This document shows, in pieces, positions 25,701 to 34,200 of a stretch of 64,000 nucleotides of DNA. Each line of letters begins with the position of its first letter. Within the stretch, counting starts at the first letter, position 1. Where the stretch lies: NCBI GenBank assembly GCA_038205745.1, contig JBBRBM010000003.1:3879-67878 (forward strand), written 5' to 3'. Position numbers and translations under genes: made by a program. The notes beneath the pieces were generated by a model. It made no database searches. It was given only the letters and a program-made list of their open reading frames with translations, and was not told the origin of the DNA. The stretch is from Verrucomicrobiota bacterium. Its GTDB lineage: Bacteria > Verrucomicrobiota > Verrucomicrobiia > Limisphaerales > SIBH01.

Positions 25701-28213
25701 ATGCCGTCTGCTCCGTTGCCGGGCGCAAAGGTTGGGTCGAGCGTGCCATTCGGGTTCACCCGAGCGATACCATTTCGCTGCGCGCCGTTGTACGAACTGA
25801 AGAAACCGCCTATGACAATCCTTCCCGCAAATGGATTGTTCGTGGGATACAACGCCAGCGCGTTCACCGAACCGTCAGCGCCAGAGCCGGGATTAAAGGA
25901 CGTGTCGAGGGAGCCATCGGAGTTGATGCGCGCTAGATGATTGCGGGTAATGCTGTTGTAGTGATCGAAGTCGCCACCGATGATCGTCTTGTCATCTGGC
26001 TGCACCGCCACGGAAGAGACGGTGTTGTTCGCGCCCGGCGTGTCATTGAAGCGAGGATTCGTGAAAAGAACACCTTCCTGATTCCATTCTCGATCGGCAG
26101 CGCCGGACGGTACGTCATTATAAAGTATGGTCGCACTGGCGAATCGGTTGCCGGACGAAACGGAATTGGGACTCCAATCGACAATGAATATGCCGATGTC
26201 TTCGTTGAATTCCACGACGCTATCCACGCGAATGGGAACGCGAACCCGCCTGCGGAATGTTGTGTCCGTAGGGAATGGAACACGGACCACAATTCCATTA
26301 GGAGATCCTCTAAAAGAAACGGTGGAAACCGAGCCGCTATCAGGTGTAATCGGGCCGTAATCGATCTGATTTACTAAATCCGGGGAACCGTCGGTGTATG
26401 GCGTATCGTCGAAATTGGCGAGAAATCCATCGGCGTAATCCGAACCGGGTTGAAGATAATATTGCCCACTAAAAGCTAGATCGACGTCCACCGAGAAATT
26501 GCCGCCACCGCCGCCGGGAAGGATAATATCGAATTCGAGAATAAACGTATTCGTGGTGACCGCATTAATCACCACTTGATTAGTGGTGAACGTGAAGTTC
26601 GTGCTCACCTGGCCAACTCCATTGGTGACAACGACGAAAGTTGTGACAACTACATCGTTCGTAACCGGCGTGGTAGTGGTGCCAATCACGTTAGTGCCAC
26701 CGCGCGCAAAGCTCGCATATTCGTCCGCCCGATACGTTCTACGCTCAATGCTGTAGCCTCGAAAGTTATTGATTTGAAGAATTTCCACGCTGGCCTGACC
26801 GACACCGATCGTCGGCACTATTTCAGCCGGATCTTCCTCGGGAGCCGGACGCGGATTTGTCAGGACCACATCGAAGAACAGGGGCGTCGAAATGAAATTT
26901 GTCGCCGTGCCGAAGAATGACCCCGGACCAATCGGAACGATGAAGTTCGCCATCATCTGGTAATCATCGAACAGCAGCGTGCCTGTTACCGGCTGATAAT
27001 CGATGCCGGGCTGCGCAAAGTAAAAGTTCGTGCCGAAGATGATGAAATTCGTGAGGAATGTGTTCGTGGTGTAGTAGTCCACCAGCACGCGGCCAGAGGC
27101 GGGCGCGGTACGCGTCACCGTGACCATGGCTCCCTTCACGCTACGCGTAAGATCAGAAACAATTCCCCCAAACGGTGCGCGAAACGTCTCATTCTCCGTC
27201 ACCACCGAGGCAAGGTTCTGATTGGCAAAGAAAAATCCGCCGCCAAAAATTGTATTGAGAGAATTCGTCGTAACGATGTTGAACTGCCCCGCCCGCGTCG
27301 GCGCGATCGGCGTCTCATCGTCGATGATCGTCACGACCGCATTGCTGATGGAGCCGATCGCTGCATCGAAGGTGGGATTGGCGAGCACGAGGTTGATCGT
27401 CTTGTTGCTGTGCTGGATCGAGTTGTCGAGGATCGGGATGGTGAAGACCTTGACCGTGTCGCCGGGCCCGAAGGTGAGCGTGTTGGACACACTCAAGTAG
27501 TCCTGCCCCGCCACCGCAGTTCCATCGACCGTGTAGTAATCGACGGTCGAGACATTCGTGAACCCACCACCGGATACCACCGAGACGGTGATGAATCCGG
27601 GCGTGTTTTCCTCCACACCAAAAGCGGAAGACGCAAACGCCACCTCGTTAGAGGCGGCCGACGGCGGGATGTTCGTTCCGTTACCTTGGTTCCAGTTCAA
27701 AACGAATGGCCCGAAATCCCCCGAGAAGCCGTCCACCGCGATGTGATACTCCACGCCAGCCACAGCGAAAAACGACACCAAGCTGTCCAAACTGAAGTAA
27801 TCGTCGTTACTAGCCAACCGAACCAACTGTCCGTAGTTCGGCCCAATATAAGCCGCCAGAACCGAATCGAAAAAGAAAGTACCGCTCCCCACATAGGTGC
27901 CGAGAGTATCGAAAGTCACCAAACCATTCGTGGGCGCCACCCAGCGATACCAAACCGAGTGCAAACGATAGCTGCTGTAGTGAAACGGTTCGTTGAACTC
28001 AAATGTTGCGCCAACCGTCGTGCCATTCGTCGTTCCAAATGCACCAGTCAACGCGGTCGCATTAAAAAAATTGTCATTGATCGGCACCTGCGCCTTTGCA
28101 CTCGGCGCGAGCATCGCGACCAGCAACAACAGCGGCATCGCCAGCAAGGCGAAGCGTACGCCACGACGTGCGGCGCAGGGGTTGACACTGCACTTCTCTA
28201 AAATACTGCTCAT
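13787..28213 (-). CDS. Giant secreted protein (4808 aa): PPC-like N-domain, ~19 Calx-beta modules, four delta-60 beta-propeller arrays, P domain, DUF11 repeat and shared C-terminal domain
   Basis: The signal peptide is MSSILEK...RFALLAMPLLLLVAMLAPSAKA. Calx-beta signatures recur (e.g. FSQPVYTVTESGTFATITILRTNGNVGNVSVTFQTSGGTATPGVDYTSVNTVVNFAAGQTVRSVQIPIFNDSLIEGNETVQLLLSNP), about 19 counted by eye from the G-x-DY...G-x-L-x-F signature. Runs of ~55-aa repeats follow the pattern DGSLDxSFNPGxGANGxVxAxAxQxDGKIxxGGxFTxxNGxxRNxIARLNxxG. An alternative GTG start at 28270 would overlap the upstream stop (GTGA). Confidence 0.9.
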   Translation of the reverse strand: MSSILEKCSVNPCAARRGVRFALLAMPLLLLVAMLAPSAKAQVPINDNFFNATALTGAFGTTNGTTVGATFEFNEPFHYSSYRLHSVWYRWVAPTNGLVTFDTLGTYVGSGTFFFDSVLAAYIGPNYGQLVRLASNDDYFSLDSLVSFFAVAGVEYHIAVDGFSGDFGPFVLNWNQGNGTNIPPSAASNEVAFASSAFGVEENTPGFITVSVVSGGGFTNVSTVDYYTVDGTAVAGQDYLSVSNTLTFGPGDTVKVFTIPILDNSIQHSNKTINLVLANPTFDAAIGSISNAVVTIIDDETPIAPTRAGQFNIVTTNSLNTIFGGGFFFANQNLASVVTENETFRAPFGGIVSDLTRSVKGAMVTVTRTAPASGRVLVDYYTTNTFLTNFIIFGTNFYFAQPGIDYQPVTGTLLFDDYQMMANFIVPIGPGSFFGTATNFISTPLFFDVVLTNPRPAPEEDPAEIVPTIGVGQASVEILQINNFRGYSIERRTYRADEYASFARGGTNVIGTTTTPVTNDVVVTTFVVVTNGVGQVSTNFTFTTNQVVINAVTTNTFILEFDIILPGGGGGNFSVDVDLAFSGQYYLQPGSDYADGFLANFDDTPYTDGSPDLVNQIDYGPITPDSGSVSTVSFRGSPNGIVVRVPFPTDTTFRRRVRVPIRVDSVVEFNEDIGIFIVDWSPNSVSSGNRFASATILYNDVPSGAADREWNQEGVLFTNPRFNDTPGANNTVSSVAVQPDDKTIIGGDFDHYNSITRNHLARINSDGSLDTSFNPGSGADGSVNALALYPTNNPFAGRIVIGGFFSSYNGAQRNGIARVNPNGTLDPTFAPGNGADGIVYAVALQNDGKIIVAGDFETFNDLNVNGIMRLNPDGSLDATFNPGVGANGAIWAIIVSETALGERSIYIAGEFTTFNGTEANRVARLTDLGDVDPSFNAGLGANQTVYALAIQADGKVIVGGSFDTFHTSVRRSIARVNTDGTLDLSYNVGVGVEGSVYAITLQPDGKALIGGPFTSYNNTRRMGMARIHTSGVLDTSFMDTAYNQFAGFPKTFSFDNPSFVNSIALQSDGNLMVGGSFTNVGGNLSVHFNTTNQTTTAVSVTNTTGFFTLLGFDYQPVNGRTNGHNSGAHLFAPFTRQDKTARLNVARIIGDYTPGPGNVEYDPNSSFSANENNGSVTVTLRRVDGRLGTAVAVPFTTNNTALFPVDFSSSTSTQIWEEWTPTINAVLQRPFSPRSVGYALPLYFDVPLLDDLLAEGDETFGLAITNAFGSITLGGEYIPLGTAIGHTDFGSATIADNEFNKGIFNFGAVSYMTNEDAGLAIISVIRTNGSSGAVTVDYLTRDGSATAGSDYTTTRGQLRFASGETNKTFSIPILDNPDVEFDETVILVLTNATGGAKLPAGLATSVVTNTLTIVDNDFLQGRLQFSISNYTNNENEAFGTVTVTRSGGNKFAMTVQYQTISGGTATPNVDYTPVSGMLVWTDGDSSAKTFTIPLLPDGVVENPESILLRLSNPSVVGSLGSRTNATLWITDGDAFGNLSFSQLFYEVDENGSSPTITVVRSGGSAGTVTVNYQSTPIVATPGTDYSDVTGTLTFGPGEFSKTFAVPVIDDSVPDGDKTVQLTLSNPTGGGLGAITNVVLTIVDNESISLPAGELDTTFSTNANANAAVYALVQQQDGRIIMAGDFTQVSSVPRNRLARLKPNGLLDNTFDIGPGANGSIRALAIGSDGKLLIGGLFTTINGTNRNGVARLSTDGTLDASFNPGSGADNPVFTLALQGNGKLLVGGSFVTFNGITRPGLVRLNTNGTVDGSFNIGSGFIGAVYAVALQNDGKVIVGGDFTSFNNSARTNILRLNGNGTLDTTFNPSLVVNGAVRAILVEPDGRVVIGGSFTRVNGTERRYLARVDGNGILDGGFVDEPLMGADNTVYALQQQIDGRILVTGDFHVFNGVTRNGITRLYDEDGSTDPTINFGNGANGFVAALVIQPDRRIVIGGGFTRYDDKARHYIARIYGGAIAGAGSLEFSSPLFTVSESTTNAVISVRRIGGTGGSVSVDFHSTTNGTAVAGVDYLATSGTLTFAEGETRQVFTVSIVSNSIPDGDRYLQLILSNFVGAAQGPSPFTTLVILDDESTVGFTAPTFTVGEASVSGNATVSLVRRGGTNTTVSVTITSVDGSATANFDYAPTNAIVTFLPGELTKNFNVHIFDDALIEGSETFNVLLSNPSGVTALGLASAVVTINDNDSGPGRFLFATNSFVVDEFAGFAVATILRTNGSSGSAQVRFTTSNGTAVNGSDYFGTNTLVTFGEGETAKNVLFPIVNDAITEPDETIILTLSQPSAGTTIVPGQGSAIMTIADDEFSTSYVGFAMNLFFVNEADVFATITVTRTNNRRGVVEVDFSVANGSATAGFDYGFTNGTVTLLDNVSSATFTIPVFNDLLSEGDETVLLSLSNVRSTNTSVVLALANAALIISDRVIAVSGNVDPTFADNIGANAPVHSVAFDAQQRLIAGGEFTQVWGLAANRFARFTTNGAVDFSFQIGSGANDTVFGVSAVTNVIIGTNTVVNFTNLVVNNGPITNSVTNSFISGTNIVVVITTSVLTNNTYTIVTSNSSFVLGSRIYLGGAFTNVSGTNFSRVARLNDNGSVDPLFQIGTGANGTVRAVTPYAFHTIVAGDFTTFDGRQARRIARLNNDGSYDATFNTTIGANGSVRAVAVQPNGQIIIAGDFSTVNGFAAPRVARLNADGSFDPFFFVPSGADDTVRSIAIQADGKIILGGSFLTFDGVARARLIRLNPNGGVDLSFNTGAGLTGGDVRSVAVQSDGRILVVGAFTGASGNAVNRIARLNPDGSIDTFFAIGSGADGQVNSVATFALPVPTVCSPPGFVALDFESFSNTNLASIASLNTNCVSFFGPTGGVFYAVSNTTFFGGTAAELRIADGGFMELNVSGRPFSLFSMQFVRLSSPVIITSSSGGQRVVTQSGFAIFDSTFSDVQWVRIQLTGGAATLDNVQIFSSPVLQPLPTDRIAVGGDFLHINGVPRHRVALLDFNGGVERMFDPGAMPSHTVYAIDTYNVATNGVLGKVLAGGDFTALVGVEGINHLGRLNTNGTLDTTFTNGVGPNDTVRAIAIQPDGMAIIGGFFTSYNFVQRNFLARVNTDGTVDPGFNFGVGLDNAVLALALQPDGKTVVGGNFTAIYGSPRSFIGRVQTNGTVDTTFVSSANGPVHAIALQPDGLVLIGGQFTAVNGIPQNRIARLNANGTLDTTFNAGSGPNAVVNAIALTPGGQILIGGAFTQLNGNGAPYLGRLNSDGSFDSSFNTGGTGANDTVNTIKVQPDGKILVGGNFTVFNGQLRNRIFRLLIDGQLDPVINFGTGANDIIATISLQSDNSIMVGGAFTVFNDQVRVGIARLLGGDTAGNGAFQFGITNYFVSENSNSVTLAVVRTGSTIGSASVEYTMANGTATSPAHYIASSGTLNFVQAENVKLITVPIVDNTVPNPDRFFTVTLSNPFGGPSLGSNQIAFVTIVENESTIGFTADSYTVTENGGSARITVVRTGGASERVTVDYVTLTNGTATGGVDFTVRNATLVFNPGVRTLTFDVPITDDLNAEFNETVPLVLFNIVGPAVPGRTNALLTIIENDFGGGVFVFSTNSYSISEDGGFIVIDVYRTNGHSGVASVGFGTTTGGIATSGVDYFPTNGTLTFADGQTNASFTVRLIDDSNVEGNETVPLVLFGPSGGATIGGGNATLTINDNDAPGQFTFSQPVYTVTESGTFATITILRTNGNVGNVSVTFQTSGGTATPGVDYTSVNTVVNFAAGQTVRSVQIPIFNDSLIEGNETVQLLLSNPQPAGGFPNGPDILNQTAMLNILDDEISVTFSQPQFFVTEAFTSAVISVDRRGDPSVAFSVGVNTSPGTATAGQDYFNTSLVLNFAAGETNKTFLVSINDDTIPEGDEIVNLTLSNPSSGVTLQPLPSAQLIIVDDDIGFSFSSAVYSVLESAPNVTITVIRTGSTNPAVSVDFATSDGTATSLLFTNDYFTITGRLAFAAGETSRVFGVTLQNDTIVEGDEFFNLTLANPSPGTGLGGQPTAIVNIIEDDTGIGFSSPIYVVNEKGTNAVITVIRTGNSSNAVSARFRTQNGTATAGVDYVAITTTLSWGSGDATSRTLLIPIADDGVTEGIETVGLFLDLPTGGATIDLTTGTATLNIVDNAGSIAFASATYNVVEGDGNAVINLVRSGGSNGTVSVAWSVTGGSAINGQDYFGSSGTVVFSQGETQKPIIIPINDDSIVEGLESLTLALSNAGGGARVGSPGSALLRIFDNDAGVIVAAGSALVAENLTTNSIIEPGEIVTLQLALRNNGTINDTITATLVYGNGTGVSPTNAQAATNLQQRGYGELVAGGDSVSRPFTFLASGSNGTRLTVTLLLTNNLGVFLGDVTFSYTIGRAMIPFANSDVITLPDSGVASPYPSTLTVSGFGGPLTRLTVTLYNVSHDYPDDLDIVLVAPDGRNVMLMSDAGNGGSGTANAMHNLTITFDDAAAFAIPDFGVISNGTYRCGNYAVTNDPFAPPGPLPPYGTSLSTFNNMNPNGVWSLYIYDDAPVFGGSIAGGWSLNIQSGEPVIPGADISLKVTDSPDPVATNGLLTYTIAVTNVGPANANAVFVTNTLAPDATFVNLTPAGTRSGSTVTLNFGSLPAGAGTIGTITVRAPGSPAQITFNATAGAGEQDLNPVNNVASIQTTVFDPNAPPASGVPTLYAARAGNNVVLSWQTQTNIVLETRASISSGSWSTSSATVTTSSGTSSATVPISGGASFFRLRRTP
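13790..13996 (-). other. Shared C-terminal domain, copy 1 (...NNVVLSWQTQ...SGSWST...SFFRLRRTP)
   Basis: These are the last 69 codons. They align by eye with the C-termini of the next three large proteins. Confidence 0.7.
13997..14377 (-). other. DUF11 / 'conserved repeat domain' module
   Basis: ADISLKVTDSPDPVATNGLLTYTIAVTNVGPANANAVFVTNTLAPDATFV matches the DUF11 signature. Confidence 0.7.
14378..14902 (-). other. Proprotein-convertase (kexin-type) P domain with no adjacent subtilase domain
   Basis: ITLPDSGVASPYPSTLTVSG...LTRLTVTLYNVSHDYPDDLDIVLVAPDGRNVMLMSDAG...NPNGVWSLYIYDDAPVFGGSIAGGWSLNI. Confidence 0.7.
24971..26038 (-). repeat. First delta-60 (DUF5122-type) beta-propeller repeat array in the 4808-aa protein (ORF residues ~745-1100)
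   Basis: There are six to seven consecutive ~55-aa units. Coordinates were anchored by reading DTPGANNTVSSVAVQPDD at 25990-26043. Confidence 0.75.
27686..28084 (-). other. N-terminal PPC-like (pre-peptidase C-terminal-type) beta-sandwich domain
   Basis: INDNFFNATALTG...GATFEFNEPFH...SVWYRWVAPTNGLVTFDT...FDSVLAAYIG...LASNDDY...YHIAVDG is a pattern commonly found at the start of large secreted proteins. Confidence 0.5.
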
Positions 28214-28266
28214 ATAAGTTCGCAATCTGGTGTCCGGTTCAGTCGTCCGGCAGCGCTCGTTCGTTC

Positions 28267-31200
28267 TCACGGTACCAATCGGCGCACGCGGTAAAACCGG
28301 TACGGAACCCCTGAAATGGGAGAATCAGTCAAATCCAACGTCAGACCCGTGGCTGTATTCGTGCTGAGGCTGAACCATTGTACCATGTTGGTGCTGCCTT
28401 CAAGGGCGTAGGTGCGTCCGGGCTGCGAATTCACCGTGACAGTTGCACTGTTGATCGAAAGGACCGGCGCACTCGCGCGGAGTAACGTTTCGCCCACGTT
28501 GATACGCGCGACGCCGCGACGTGTCAGTCCACCCACCGTGACGAAATCACCGCCGATGATAATCTTCTGGTCCGGCTGCACCACCGATGAATAAACGGTG
28601 TTGTCCGCGCCGAGAGAGGAATCGAATTCCTCATCCACGGCGCCGCCCGTCTGTAGCAGCGCGTAACGATTCCGCGTGAATCCGTTCACACTCGTAAAGT
28701 CACCGCCGATGAACACATGGCCGTTGGCGAGAACATTGACCGTATAAACACTCCCGTTCGGACCCGTGCCCGGATCAAACGTCAGATCAAGGGAACCATC
28801 ACTGTTCAGTCGCGCAATGCCGCCGCGCGCAAAACCATTCACAAACCGGAACGTGCCGCCGATCAGGATTTTCCCATCCGCCTGCACCGCGATGCTCAGC
28901 ACATTCCCGTTTGTAATCGTCAAGGGCTGCAATGAGGTGTCGATCAACCCGTTGGCCGCGATGCGCACCAGGCGCGGATAGGGGAAACCGCTCACGTTGG
29001 TGAAACCGCCGCCGATCAAAACCATGCCGTCGGGTTGCAACTTCGCTGCAAGCACCGGGGCGTCCGTGCCCGACCCCACATCAAACGTCAGGTCGGTGCT
29101 GCCATTCACGCGCAGCCGTGCCACGCCGCGCGTCGGCAACGAGAAGCCGCCGCCCGCGACGATGCGACCATCCGAGAGCAGTTCCAGCGCGTTCACCGCG
29201 GCATCGAACTTCAACGACTGGCTCAATGTCGGGTCAGACGCACCGCTATCCAGCAACCGCGCCATACGATTGAACGCATTGCTGTTCACGTTCGTGAATG
29301 CGCCGCCGATGACAATGTGCCCGTTCGTATCGGCAGCCACGGCGGACACCAGCGCGTTCGGCCCGGCCACGATGAAGTTCGTGTCGAACACACCGTTCGT
29401 GTTCAGGCGCGCCAGGAAGTTTCGGTTCGTCACGTTCGCGAAATTCGTGAATGCGCCGCCGACGAGAATTCGGCCGTTCTGCTGCAATGCCACGGCGCGG
29501 ACAAATTTGTTCGCGCCTGCGCCGGGATCGAACGTGCTGTCCGGCCCGCCCGGGCCGGCGTCGTTGTCCGCAATCGTGAGTGTCGCAGTGCCCGGCAAGA
29601 TCACGGCGGCATTAGTCGGGAACACGAGATCCAACAGAACGGTCTCCGGGCCTTCGGTGAGCCCGTCGTCAAAGATCGGCACCAGCACCGTCTTGTTCGA
29701 TTCGCCGGCGGCGAACTTCACAATATTGCTGGTGTAGAGGTAATCCGCGCCAGCCACTGCTGAGCCATCGCGCGTTCGGAAGATGACGCTGATGCCGCGG
29801 GTCAACAAACCCGAGCGCTCGATCGTGATCACCGCGTTTGTGTCGCCTTCGTTGACGATGTAATCCGTGGCGCTGAAATGAACGAACCGCGCACTGTCCT
29901 GGATGGTGATGACTGCGTTCGAAGGCGCGCCGATCTGCACGTTGGACGACGGATTGTTCAGCAATACGCGGAACGTTTCAGGCAGTTCCGTGACCGTGTC
30001 CGAGACGATCAGGATGTCGAACAACTGCCGCACCACACCGGCCAGGAACGTCAGCGTCCCATTCGTCGGGATGTAATCAGCCGGAGCCGAAGCCGTCTGC
30101 GGAGCGGTGAAAAAGCCGACCGATGCAACGACATTGGTGTTGCCGGAGCGGATCACGGTCACACGCACGGAGCCGTCGTCTTCCGCGGCGGAATACGTGG
30201 CGCTCTCGAACTGCACGCCGGATTCGTCATCGATGATCAGCAATGTCCCTGGATTGGTCGACAGCAGGGAAGCGCCGCCGGTGGGATTCGACAGGGTCAT
30301 CAGAACGGTCTCGTCGCCTTCGACAGATTGGTCGTTGATGATGACCACCGAAAAGCTCTTGGCCGTTTCACCATCGGCAAACGACAGCAACCCGGACGCT
30401 GCCAGATAATCAACTCCCGCCGCGGCCGTGCCACCGCCCAGACTGTAGCGCACCGAGACGATGCCCGAACTGCCATTCGTCCGCAGCACGGTGATGGTGA
30501 TAAAACCATCCGCCTCACCGACAACGTTTGTTTGCGCTGAGAACGTGAATTGTCCTGGCAGAAAATCGTTGTCCACGATGGTCAAGGTGGCGTCCGAGAG
30601 TCCCAGAAACGCATCAGACCCTCCGCCGCTGAAGACGATGGGCGAAGAGAGCTGCAGCAACACTGTTTCCGGTGCCTCCACGTTTGTGTCCTCGAACACC
30701 GGCACCGTGAACTCCCGCAGCGTTTCGCCTGGCGAAAACACCACGAGGCCGCTCGAAGCTGTGTAATCATCCGGCGAAGTGGCGGTTCCGCCCACGGTCG
30801 CGAAATTCACCGCCACCGTCGTGTTGGTGGAGCCGACGCGCTCGACCGCAATGATCGCGTGCCCGGCCGCCACGCCTTCATTCACACTGTAGTTTTCCGT
30901 GACGAAGCGGATGATGCAGTCGTCGTCACGAATCACCAGCACGGCATCCGAAGTCAGCCCCAGCTCGGCTCCCGCCGAAGGCGAGTCGAGCGCGAGGAAC
31001 ACCACCACATCACCATCGACCGTGTGGTCGTTGACCACCCGCACTGAAAATGTCTGAAGCGTTTCGCCGGGAGGAAACGTCAGCGTGCCGTTGGTCGCCT
31101 GATAATCGCCCGGGGCAAAACCGCTGCCGTCAAACGTGGAGAAGTTCACCGTTCCGATTCCCGCCGTGCCGCCATCGCGCGACACTGTGATTACCGCATT

Positions 31201-34200
31201 CGTTCCATTCTCGTTCACCGTGAACACGCCCGAGATGAAGTTGAATGTGCCCGCGCCATCGTTCACGCCGCCGATCAGCCGCGCGACATATTGGCGCGGC
31301 ACACCGTTGAATTCAGTGAAGCCGCCGCCGATCACGATCTGCTCGTTCGGCTGCAACAACACCGCCGCAATGAAGCTGTTCGCCCCCGTGCCGAAATTGA
31401 TCGACGGATCGATCGAACCATCCGGGGCCAGGCGCGTGAGGCGATTGCGGCTCACGCCGTTGAAAACATGGAAGTCGCCGGCCACGAGAATGCGGCCGTT
31501 GCCCTGAAGGGCCAGCGCCAGCACCGCCGCGTCCGCGCCGCTGCCGGCATCGAACGATGGATCGAGCCCGCCCGAAGGCAACAACCGCGCCAGATGATTC
31601 CGCGCCGCGCCGTTGAAGTTGGTGAACGAGCCGCCTACGACGATGTTCCCGTCCGGCTGCAAAAGAATCGCGCGAACCGCACCGCCCGCCGCGCCACCCG
31701 GCGGGTTGAAAGTGACGTCGAGTGAACCATTGGGATGCAATCGCGCGATGCGCGAACGGTTCGTGTTGTTCACCATTGTGAAATCGCCGCCGATGAGAAT
31801 TTTTCCATCCGGCTGCACGGCCACGGCATAGACGGTTCCATTCAGGCCCGCGCCAGTGCTGAAGGAGAAGTCCACAGAGCCATTCGTGTTCAACACCGCC
31901 ACGTTCGGACGCGTCACACCGTTGACGGTGGTGAACGAGCCGCCCAACACGACGCGCTGATCCGGGGTCAACGCCAGGGCGAAGACCGGATTGTCCGCGC
32001 CTGCACCGGGATTGAACGAGGAATCGATGGTGCCGTCCGCGTTGAGCCGCGCGATGCGCGCCCGGTTCGTCACGTCGTAAGTGGTGAAGCGCCCGCCAAC
32101 GATGATCTTGTCATCCGGCTGGATAAGAATCGCCTGCACCTGCCCGTTGGCGCCCTGCCCCACCTTGAAGAGCGGATCGGTGGAACCCGTCACGTTGAGG
32201 CGGGCGATGCGATTGAAGCCAAAGCTGTTGATGGATGTAAAATCCCCGCCGACGATCAGCTTGCCGCTGCTCTGAAGACCGAGCGCGTTGATGAAGCTGT
32301 TCGGATGCGCGTCAAACGTCGTGTCCACGGAACCCGCCGGCGCATTCAACGCCTCATTGTCGATGATGGTGAGCAGCGAATTGGTGAACGTGCCCGGCGT
32401 GGCTTTCTGGAAGTTGTTCAGCACGAGCGACACGGTTTCATTTTCCTCCAGCAGCTCGTCGTCGAGGATGGGCAGCGCCACCACCACGGTGCGCACTCCG
32501 TCCGGGAACGTGACGGTCATGTTCGTGCCGACATAGTCCTCTCCGTCAGTCGCCGAAATCGCCACCGTCGCGAAATCCACCGAGACATCCTCCGCGTCAC
32601 CGCCCACGCGCGTCAGCGTGATCAACGCGTTCGTGCCGCGTTCGCTGATGAAATAATTCACGTCACTGAAGCCAAGGCTGCCGTAGGAATCATCGTCCAC
32701 GATCGTCAACGTGGACTGCCGGAGGAAACCCAGCGTGCCGTTGCTGACGTTGGTAAGCAGAAGGCCGATGCGCTCGTTGCCCTCCACGAACCGATCGGAA
32801 ATGATCGGCACCGTCACGTACTGAGTCAGCACACCCGGCGGAAACACCACGCGATTGGTGACCGGCGTGAAATCAATATCCGCCCGCGCCACACCCGGCC
32901 CGAGCGGCAATTCGTAGGCGATGAAATCGTTCGTCAGGTAACCCAGGCCGCCGCTGGTGCGCCGAATCGGGATGGTCGCGAATCCGGCGGACTCGGACAC
33001 CGCGAGTTCACTGTTCGTGAAGCTCACACTGCCGCGACCGAAGTCGTTGTCGTAAATCAACACCGTGGCGTTGCTCAGCCCCAGCACCGCGCCGCCCGTT
33101 GCGTTCGTGAGACGCACCCCAAACCACTCTTCCGATTCCAGCGAAACGTCCGACGCAATCGGAACGAAGAAACTCTTGTTCGTATCCCCCGAGGCAAACG
33201 TGAGCGTGCCGCTCGTCGTCGTGTAATCAATGCCGCCCGTCGCCGTGAGGGCATACGTCGCATACTGCACCGTCACCTGCCCGACGCTGCCGTTGGTGCG
33301 CACCACGGTCACGGTGGCATTGCCCGTTTCATCCACGTTGAAGACGGGTTGTTGGAAGCCGAGCACGCCGCGATTGAAATCGTTGTCCAGAATCGTGACC
33401 GTTGCGCGCGTCTGCGCACCGAGCGCCGGCTGCGTCGACGGCAACGAACCGTTGACCGGGTTGGTGAGAATCACCGTGAACGTCCGGTTTCCTTCCACGA
33501 AACTATTGTCGAAAATCGGGATCTGGATGATCCGCGTCAGCGTGTCGCAATCTCCAAAAATCACCGTTCCCGAAGTGCCTGAGAAATCCGTGCCTGCGTG
33601 CCCGGAGCCGTCCACCGTATAGAACGAAGTGGTGATCGGACCCACTTCGCCGTGCAATCGCCGCACGGTGAGGAGGACGGAGCCGCTGAGGGAATTTTCA
33701 TCCACGGAATATTGGGCCGAAACAAATTCAATATTGCCGGGCATGTTCAACGCGCCCGGATTCGTGCCGCCGATGAAACGCGTGAAATTGAACTGCGGCC
33801 GAACCGCATTGGTCAGGAGCCCGAAAATGCCATCCTGTCCGCCACCGATCAGCGAGAACGCACCGCCCGCCATGATGTTGCCGTTGGTCTGGATCGAAAT
33901 CGAATTCACGAAACCGTTCGGGCCGGATTGCGCCTGGAGGTAGTGATTATCGCCGAAGCTCGTATCAAGCGTGCCATCGGTATAGAGGCGGGCGATGTTC
34001 GTGCGAGCTGTGCCGTTATAGAGCGTGAAGTCGCCGCCGATGATCGGCATCTGGTCGGGCTGCAACTTGATGTCGAACACCGCACCAAGAACACCACTGC
34101 CGGAACTAAATGTGGTATCGACCGTGCCGTTGGTGAGCAGTCGGACGAGACCCGCGCGATCGAGTCCATCGAATGTCTGAAACGATCCGCCCACCAGGAT

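Noticed and set aside
28142-28174. Twin-arginine-like AARRGVRFALL in the signal peptide of the 4808-aa protein.
   Set aside because: It does not fit the S/T-R-R-x-F-L-K consensus well, and Tat export of a 4800-aa multi-domain Ca-binding protein is implausible. I treat it as an ordinary Sec-type n-region.
31735-33582. Very long + strand ORFs inside the giant minus-strand genes: 31735-33582 (615 aa), 33598-34989 (463 aa), 45278-46870 (530 aa), 56873-58255 (460 aa), 55322-56500 (392 aa), 23495-24610 (371 aa), 18548-19636 (362 aa), 35101-36129 (342 aa), and many of 60-330 aa.
   Set aside because: They are antisense to ORFs carrying unmistakable domain signatures (Calx-beta, delta-60, metzincin, secretin). 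Their translations are Arg/His/Asp/Gly/Val-rich nonsense typical of the reverse frame of GC-rich, codon-biased genes. None shows any recognisable motif.
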